From an uncultured bacterium (GTDB taxonomy: Bacteria > JAJVIF01 > JAPKYR01): 45,728 nucleotides of DNA. The notes under the pieces were generated by a model, which was given only the letters and a program-made list of their open reading frames with translations, was not told the origin of the DNA and ran no database searches. The DNA lies in the NCBI GenBank assembly GCA_965369865.1, contig CBDURU010000017.1, forward strand, positions 1-45,728, in the 5' to 3' direction. Shown here one piece after another: positions 40,601 to 45,728 of the stretch; position 1 is the first letter of the stretch; each line of letters begins with the position of its first letter. A program made the translations under genes and the position numbers.

Positions 40601-40815
40601 CCCGGTACAACACCGATGGCACTCTCGCATGGGTGAAACGTTCGGGTGGAATATATTTGGATCATGGCTGGGGAATCACAACGCTTTCGGACGATTCCAC
40701 AGTTGCGATAGGAAATTTCAACGCATCCGCAACATTCGGGGAGGGTGAACCAAACGAGACTGTTCTGGAATCGGATGGATCAAAAGATATCTTCGTGGCC
40801 CGCTTTGCACCGTAA
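37678..40815 (+). CDS. Large surface lipoprotein: unknown N-terminal region, PKD domain, Ig-like domain, seven-repeat beta-propeller
   Basis: Lipobox LVGC; PKD motif FSGLDSYDPDG..WDWD..PGTYLVQLRVTD; VTSPNGGE; seven ~66-aa repeats W(A/V)KRAGG...DIFVARY. Confidence 0.85.
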   Translation: MRSRFETLGRITLVLMLLSILVGCSTGGGGSQPILPDEEVTAPELTGDSNRTSENIDHYLLLYNLIYVDPDNPDGPIVEVIPVRAGELHINILKFLEVGPCTTCFKIVGFNFPEPGVLDVDIEITHPFSDLIFTIFDVRGIMMFNATHAFPASGLTISDSSIGDGELKNAEGYTQLYNGSTLGAAGDFFSYFKGKFATPTVPDADLNGFIRHITDDPANTRNALYSSDSVTQTYSLGLPSGEFVLGYAVDASWDMPVADPVVDPMTDFPDTANCIEPWKVEITEEPVGDGLTDVGGETKLLIDVYDWQGKETYHEPIVECPELFNDTLTATWFEDSPVYSRYEVTVSNALLADVGDYTCLISVEAIENDPGTTWWIDLTAYQIQMLTVTEKVTENPVAVATADPNPQLAGLPVHFSGLDSYDPDGGDIQLCEWDWDNDGVYEETGAEADHTWPDPGTYLVQLRVTDDEGETDELDLPLEIVITYIEVTSPNGGETLYGDESFEIQWEWTGDITSVYIFYSTDSGANYDGTVVLGTDCTGSYMWDPIPGIDATQARIKIIDVDNPATFDESDEDFTISYLIAGDGDLAWAKRAGGTDEDYSRDIVTFPDDSTAVTGYFSGSAIFGPKEVSETILTSAGGKDIFVARYNPDGTLAWAKRAGGTEDDQGFGIAILSYEPLVVTGFFRGTATFGKGETYETVLVSEGGSDIFVAKYNPNGYLGWAKRAGGTENEIGYAITTRSDNTTVVTGYFRGTATFGKGEAFETSLVSGGEADIFVARYKDDSLLGWAKRAGGTDNAYGREITTLSDDSTVIIGYFKGTATFGKSETNETVLVSYDESNDIFLARYNSVGTLVWAKHAGGTLSDQGYGITTLSNSSIVVTGSFRSTATFGEGEANETVLVSNGQDDIFVARYYPNGTLEWAVRAGGTLYDGGHGITNLSDDSTVVTGNFYESAIFGEGEANETVLVSIGQTDFFVARYNTDGTLAWVKRSGGIYLDHGWGITTLSDDSTVAIGNFNASATFGEGEPNETVLESDGSKDIFVARFAP

Positions 40816-41133
40816 GAGAAGTTCAGTAGCCCGGAAAACTGACACGAGATAATCTCGCAAGGCTGATTATTGTTTGGGTGACAGGTTTCCGGAGAACAGG
40901 AAGGATAAATAATACACAAATCCCGGGAACCTGTTTCGCCGGGATCGTCGGGGGATTGCGGTTGAAGATGAAACAGGGGCGGCGGGTTACGTATCTCAGA
41001 TTGGACCAACACCCATAAGCTCGTACCTCGCGTATGGGCGGCACCCGGATTGTACCGGGTGATAAAGTTATCCCAACTTCGCGCTGATTCAATTACGTCT
41101 CGTTAGGTTTGCCCTTTCCTGAATGTCGCAGAT

Positions 41134-42390
41134 TCAACGACGGCGGCGGAGCTTCCTGCTCTTTGCCAGGTTCTTCGCGCGCTCCTTCGGGTCTATTACC
41201 GTTGGATAGGGTGCCGGAATCTCAGACTTGTACGGGTTATCGTGCACTACCTCTATATGCTGCTTAATCAGAAGCTCGATCTGCCGCATCATCGGACGGT
41301 CATAGCGCGAACAGAACGAAATCGCGATTCCCTCCGCTCCCGCGCGGCCTGTCCTGCCTATCCTGTGTATGTAAATTTCCGGCTCCTTTGGAAAGTCAAA
41401 ATTGACCACAAGATCGATATCCTCGACATCAATCCCCCGTGCCGCGATATCGGTCGCGACCAGCACCTGTATTTTCCCCTTCTTGAATTTATCGAGCGCC
41501 CTTTCACGCGCGCGCTGGGATCGGCCGCTGTGAATAGCCTCCGCGCACCGGATTTTACGGCGATGCTTGCCCCTCTCCTTTTTCTGCGATGCGCGGTTCA
41601 AACGCCACTCTACATTGTCCACAGCAGACTTCGTATCGCAGAATACGAGCACCCTGAAAAAATCCGGATTCTCCAGAAGATGTTTCAGTAATTCGATTTT
41701 TTTAGGCTGTTCCACGAAGTAAACTCTCTGGTCAATGATATCCAGCGTCGGTATTTCCGGCGTCGCTTCCACCATTATCGGATCATCCAGGATATTACCC
41801 GCCAGTCTGACAATATCTTTTGGAATAGTTGCCGAAAACAATAGCGTCTGACGGTTACTCGGAAGCTCACGTACAATTTTTCTGATGTCCTTGATAAAGC
41901 CCATATCCAGCATACGGTCGGCTTCATCGAGCACTAAAACCTCGACCTTATTGAGCTTTACCAGCCGCTGGTTGAGTAGATCGAGTAATCTGCCGGGCGT
42001 GGCAACGACATAATCCACACCCTTTTTTAATGCGTCGGCCTGCGGATTCTGGCTCACGCCGCCGTAAATTACCACGCCTCGAATCGGTGTGTAACGGCCA
42101 TACGCGATGAAACTCTCGTGTATCTGGGTGGCAAGCTCCCTCGTTGGCGCGAGTACAAGCGCCCGAACCCGTCGCCGACGTTTGTCCGGGGGGGACTCGA
42201 CCAGTTTCTGGATGATCGGGAGCGCGAACGCGGCGGTTTTTCCGGTTCCGGTCTGCGCGCCGCCCATAAGGTCGCGGCCGTCCAGCAGGTGGGGGATCGC
42301 CTTGACCTGTATGGGGGTGGGTTCGGTATAGCCCTCGTGTTTGACAGCGTCGAGGAGAGGCTTAATAAGGTTGAGTTCGTTAAATTCCAT
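41134..42390 (-). CDS. DEAD-box ATP-dependent RNA helicase (RhlE-like)
   Basis: GYTEPTPIQ, AQTGTGKT, PTRELA, TPGRLLD, DEAD, SAT, ARGID, HRIGRTGR. Confidence 0.96.
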   Translation of the reverse strand: MEFNELNLIKPLLDAVKHEGYTEPTPIQVKAIPHLLDGRDLMGGAQTGTGKTAAFALPIIQKLVESPPDKRRRRVRALVLAPTRELATQIHESFIAYGRYTPIRGVVIYGGVSQNPQADALKKGVDYVVATPGRLLDLLNQRLVKLNKVEVLVLDEADRMLDMGFIKDIRKIVRELPSNRQTLLFSATIPKDIVRLAGNILDDPIMVEATPEIPTLDIIDQRVYFVEQPKKIELLKHLLENPDFFRVLVFCDTKSAVDNVEWRLNRASQKKERGKHRRKIRCAEAIHSGRSQRARERALDKFKKGKIQVLVATDIAARGIDVEDIDLVVNFDFPKEPEIYIHRIGRTGRAGAEGIAISFCSRYDRPMMRQIELLIKQHIEVVHDNPYKSEIPAPYPTVIDPKERAKNLAKSRKLRRRR

Positions 42391-42496
42391 GTATAACAGT
42401 AGTATCCGCCAGCATCATACACTGTATTCGGTGCTAATGAACCCTTTCAGTGTTTCCCTTGTTGTTTTCCTCCTCCGTTTTATTTTGATATTTCTT

Positions 42497-42820
42497 CGGA
42501 ACCCGACGCGCGATGAGACAATAGTGCTTCATTGAAAGTCGCACCTTGTCCGACAGCGTTAGCTGTTGAACGGCCATGTAAGATCGACCGCTGGCTTGCC
42601 CCGGCATTGACTGGGTGTGGCAGGCTCCCCTTCCTCCGCCGCTAAAGCTATGGCGGATTTTCCCCGCTTTCGCATAAGCTACGGCGGGTGTCAAGCCGTA
42701 AAACTTCTCCGCCTACCCGAAGGTGGCGTGGTTACTAGCGCTCAGCTTCAAGAGCTGGAAATCACGCGCCGGGTTCCGTATGGAGGGAATTCCCTGCAGT
42801 GAGAACAGAATGCCCTTCCA
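42497..42820 (-). ncRNA. Candidate structured non-coding RNA or long 5' leader, family not recognised
   Basis: 18-bp closing stem (42761-42778 with 42497-42514), several nested hairpins including a cUUCGg loop, a promoter directly upstream and no convincing ORF. Confidence 0.65.
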
Positions 42821-42825
42821 GAGAG

Positions 42826-42854
42826 AGTATAGCATAAAGTTGGGATATTGTCAA
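42826..42854 (-). promoter_or_regulatory. Near-consensus sigma-70 promoter
   Basis: TTGACA (42854-42849), 17-nt spacer ending in TGC, TATACT (42831-42826). Confidence 0.8.
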
Positions 42855-42944
42855 GAGGGGGCAAGGAAAAAGAGGGGATTTTTTTGGGGGATATTTTGGG
42901 AATCCATAACACTATATATATTGGTCTACCGTTTCGGTATATAA

Positions 42945-45335
42945 TCATTTATTCCTATTATCCCAATATTCATCAATATCACTAGCACTTAATTGTATTG
43001 TCTCAGGACCACTTCTAATGTAAAAATCACCTTGGTAATATTGCTTTTTCTTTGATTGTGATACTTCTATTTTGCATAAATCCTTTCCTTGGTATTCATA
43101 TTTATCTATTTTGACCAATCCCGTATCATAAACAGTCTTGCTAATTTTATTTTTTATGTTATTTATTATAGATTGTAAATATCCTTCCCAGCCTCTTTTT
43201 CCATAATCATATTCAATACCAATAATGCATTTATCATTTTCAATTATTGGATTATTTAATTTCGATAAATCTTCCTCAGAATAAAATTTCATTTCAATCA
43301 CACCTGTAATTATAATACCTCCATCACAATTTAAATATGCTGTTATGGTTTGTATGATTTTCTTTGTTACATCTGGATTATCACACATACTACCATCACC
43401 ATGAATTAATTGTTGAAGGTTTAGCTTCCATGTCCCTTTGAATTCTAAAGCATCACTTTCATCTTTATCTAAATAATACTTAATACTTCTTTTAGTTTTT
43501 TTTAGTTGTTGAGTGATTTTTAATTTTCTTTCATATTCTTCTAGCCAAGGGGATCTAAATCCAGTGTTTGCTTCTACCATAATCTTTGTAAACTCAACCC
43601 GTATTTGGGTGCTTCCTCCACTAGCTCCCCCAGGTGATCTAAATCGCTTTAGATTATCTGCGTCTGAATCAAGAATATATAGCAATAATGGCTCAAGCCA
43701 CCTGTACACAACGTCTTTTAAAAAGCGTATTGATTCAATTTCCCGTTTAGTTGCCGATCCTTTTAAAATGTCACTCAGTATTCCAAGGAAAACTGTTAGT
43801 GCAGCATTCGTTCTTATATAATGCTTCTTTCCGGATTCCCATTCATCTGTTAGCACTTCTTTAATTACTTCAAAAAAGGCAGAAATTCTTTGACCGGCAT
43901 ACTGGATAGAGTCATAATAATTATTATAAAATAAAGGCCCTTCATCTTCATGAATAAGCTTTAATTGCCTAATACGATTACACATAGTATTTAGAGAAAT
44001 ATTTGCTTCATCAATATTATAATGTTCTTTAAGTATGTCTATATGTTTATAAAATGGAGATTCTTCGTTATAATTTAGATATTTAGATGCCATAGATATA
44101 GCATATAAATACATTTCGTTACTATTATCGCTATGTACATATAAATCTTCATAAAGATCCCAGAGGAGGTCAGGAGGTATGGCTTTTTGATTTTTGTTTA
44201 TTTCTACAAATATTTTAGCTTGAAATTCTCTATTTTCTTGAACGAATGCAATAACTGGAACTGTCTCATTTACTTTTTCATCAGTGTCACCGTATCCATA
44301 TAGCCTGTGCTGACCATCAATGATCCATGCACTTCCATAGTAAGGTGGTAACGTTATTAAAACAGGTGTTGCGTCACCCCAAGAATCATTTAGTTGTTTC
44401 ATTGTACCAATTTTTTCAATATTCTGTAGTGGTTTATTAAAATTAATTATTATACTACCTGGAAAAAACCCACCATTTTCTATAAATTGCTCAATCGCAT
44501 TTATCCGTTTTTTATTTAGCATTCTTTGATAACTGTCTGCAATTTCAATAAATTCACATTCAGTACCTCTTTGATGAACGTAAGCAATCTGAAGAAGGTG
44601 TTGAGGGGATAATACAAATGAATAATAGGTATACCCGCCCATTTTTGCTTTCAACGCTGGAACTTTAACTTTAAAATGACGGATCTTTGTATTGTAAAAT
44701 ATCCTATTATATAATTGGTACTTAGCACCTTCTCCTGCTAATTTAGCTAAGTCATCAAGAGCTATTATGTCACCCTCTTCCCAAACCAATATATCATTGT
44801 TAAGTGCGATAATTCTATCTTGTTTTTTCCAAATAATATTTTCAGATGCAAAAATAAATACAAATTTTAATTTTGAAATATTTAAACTGGATTTAAAAGC
44901 CGAACGGATGTCACTTTTATTTTCTGATAATTCTAACAAAATATCTTTTACACGTAAATGCTGTGATTCACCTGTGCGACATAATATTATAAATACAACA
45001 TCGTTATCAACAGCAGCAAGATCAAATTCATATTTTTTACCTATTTGAGCACCCTTAACACACTCGATGACTAATGGACCCGTGGAAATTAAAGGTATCC
45101 CGATTTGATAAAATATATTCCAAATCGTGTCTTGTAGTTTAGTGTAACCATCTTTTAGTTTTTTTATCCGTCTACGGGTCTTAAACTTTCTACTTGTGTC
45201 AACTACCCATCCTTCTGGTATAGTATCATTTAATCCGATACTCTTCTCAAAATATTGTACCTTACGTCTTCTACTTTCTGAGTGAAGGTCATAGTCTTCG
45301 TTTAATTTCCCTTTTATTATCTGGTAGGTTCCCAT
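42945..45335 (-). CDS. DGQHR domain protein with a C-terminal Schlafen/AlbA_2 domain and a degenerate N-terminal PD-(D/E)xK-like domain
   Basis: YQRML...FPGSIIIN...WIIDGQHRLYGY...FVEINKNQK (DGQHR/DndB-like); ESDALEFKG...ITAYLNCDGGIIITGV...FYIRSGPET (AlbA_2); ATG at 45335 follows GAGG; strongly AT-rich. Confidence 0.85.
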   Translation of the reverse strand: MGTYQIIKGKLNEDYDLHSESRRRKVQYFEKSIGLNDTIPEGWVVDTSRKFKTRRRIKKLKDGYTKLQDTIWNIFYQIGIPLISTGPLVIECVKGAQIGKKYEFDLAAVDNDVVFIILCRTGESQHLRVKDILLELSENKSDIRSAFKSSLNISKLKFVFIFASENIIWKKQDRIIALNNDILVWEEGDIIALDDLAKLAGEGAKYQLYNRIFYNTKIRHFKVKVPALKAKMGGYTYYSFVLSPQHLLQIAYVHQRGTECEFIEIADSYQRMLNKKRINAIEQFIENGGFFPGSIIINFNKPLQNIEKIGTMKQLNDSWGDATPVLITLPPYYGSAWIIDGQHRLYGYGDTDEKVNETVPVIAFVQENREFQAKIFVEINKNQKAIPPDLLWDLYEDLYVHSDNSNEMYLYAISMASKYLNYNEESPFYKHIDILKEHYNIDEANISLNTMCNRIRQLKLIHEDEGPLFYNNYYDSIQYAGQRISAFFEVIKEVLTDEWESGKKHYIRTNAALTVFLGILSDILKGSATKREIESIRFLKDVVYRWLEPLLLYILDSDADNLKRFRSPGGASGGSTQIRVEFTKIMVEANTGFRSPWLEEYERKLKITQQLKKTKRSIKYYLDKDESDALEFKGTWKLNLQQLIHGDGSMCDNPDVTKKIIQTITAYLNCDGGIIITGVIEMKFYSEEDLSKLNNPIIENDKCIIGIEYDYGKRGWEGYLQSIINNIKNKISKTVYDTGLVKIDKYEYQGKDLCKIEVSQSKKKQYYQGDFYIRSGPETIQLSASDIDEYWDNRNK

Positions 45336-45447
45336 GAAAAACCTCAATGTCCATTTACAATAAGTAAAGGAGAAAAATTGTTATTTAATTATTCTGGTAT
45401 ACATAATATTGCAAGTCTTGGTTCAAGGAAGTACATATATAAAAAAA

Positions 45448-45728
45448 TCAAGCCTCCGTTCGTAAACCGTATTTCAGAAGCATCCTTGGAAGGTGGTCAT
45501 CGAGATTGCGGACATGTTCGTCGGTCAGTTCAATCAGGGTGAAACTGTGTTTTTTATAAATTTCCTGCTTGATTTTCTTCCGTGCATCGTACTTTGGATC
45601 GTTCTCAATACCCCAATATTCAATGTACACCTTCTTGTCAGGCAGGTAAAAATCACAGTAGGCGTCCTCTTCGATCGGGAGTTTGCGCTCAAAAGCATGT
45701 ATGACCTTATTCATGTAAAGGAAGTTAT
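45448..45728 (-). CDS. C-terminal part of a PD-(D/E)xK/Vsr-like nuclease-fold protein, 5' end beyond the window
   Basis: The frame stays open to the window edge (..NFLYMNKVIHAFER); YCDFYLP..KVYIEYWG..KY..RK..KQEIY..LIEL motif. Confidence 0.7.
   Translation of the reverse strand, partial: NFLYMNKVIHAFERKLPIEEDAYCDFYLPDKKVYIEYWGIENDPKYDARKKIKQEIYKKHSFTLIELTDEHVRNLDDHLPRMLLKYGLRTEA

Noticed and set aside
39430..40812. Diversity-generating retroelement TR/VR pair
   Set aside because: These are seven in-frame propeller repeats within one gene; differences are not adenine-specific and there is no reverse transcriptase.
42497..42820. tmRNA, RNase P RNA, SRP RNA, group II intron, retron msr-msd or c-di-AMP riboswitch
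   Set aside because: No tRNA-like T-arm or CCA end, no GAGGAAAGUCC, no SRP GGAA/AGCAG loop, no complete intron domain V and no reverse transcriptase nearby; CAGCUAAC occurs without the rest of the ydaO consensus.
42434..42948. Short ORFs overlapping the structured region (42434-42694, 42617-42802, 42723-42944, 42748-42948)
   Set aside because: No convincing RBS or protein features; they run through hairpins, REP-like units or the promoter.
42945..45335. Complete dnd phosphorothioation system, given a DGQHR gene and iscS in the same window
   Set aside because: No dndC/D/E-like genes are visible; iscS is ~13 kb away and paired with iscU.

Overview
Chromosomal window from a bacterium of roughly 50% GC (by eye). 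Core genes: cyclodeaminase/cyclohydrolase, aspS, pstCAB-phoU with a divergent pstS, a GerMN protein plus AMIN-domain amidase, a CCA-type nucleotidyltransferase, a CDF transporter, iscS-iscU, an alternative sigma-70 factor, a RodZ-like protein, dapA and a DEAD-box helicase. They are interleaved with accessory surface genes (two tandem prepilin-like proteins, several lipoproteins, a HEAT-repeat protein, a PKD/beta-propeller lipoprotein, two GT-C-like membrane proteins) and many REP-like palindromes, including a 140-bp MITE nested inside one. No rRNA, tRNA, CRISPR array, transposase or reverse transcriptase was recognised. Best candidates for something new: (1) a ~320-nt highly structured non-coding RNA (42497-42820, probably minus strand) behind a near-consensus sigma-70 promoter upstream of the DEAD-box helicase, and (2) an adjacent AT-rich ~800-aa fusion of a degenerate nuclease-like domain, DGQHR and Schlafen/AlbA_2, a candidate defence gene. 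Also notable are two apparent pseudoenzymes (a class IV aminotransferase lacking the PLP lysine, a PP2C phosphatase with altered metal ligands) and mirror-image Pho-box arrays. All calls are from motif reading by eye; no searches were run.
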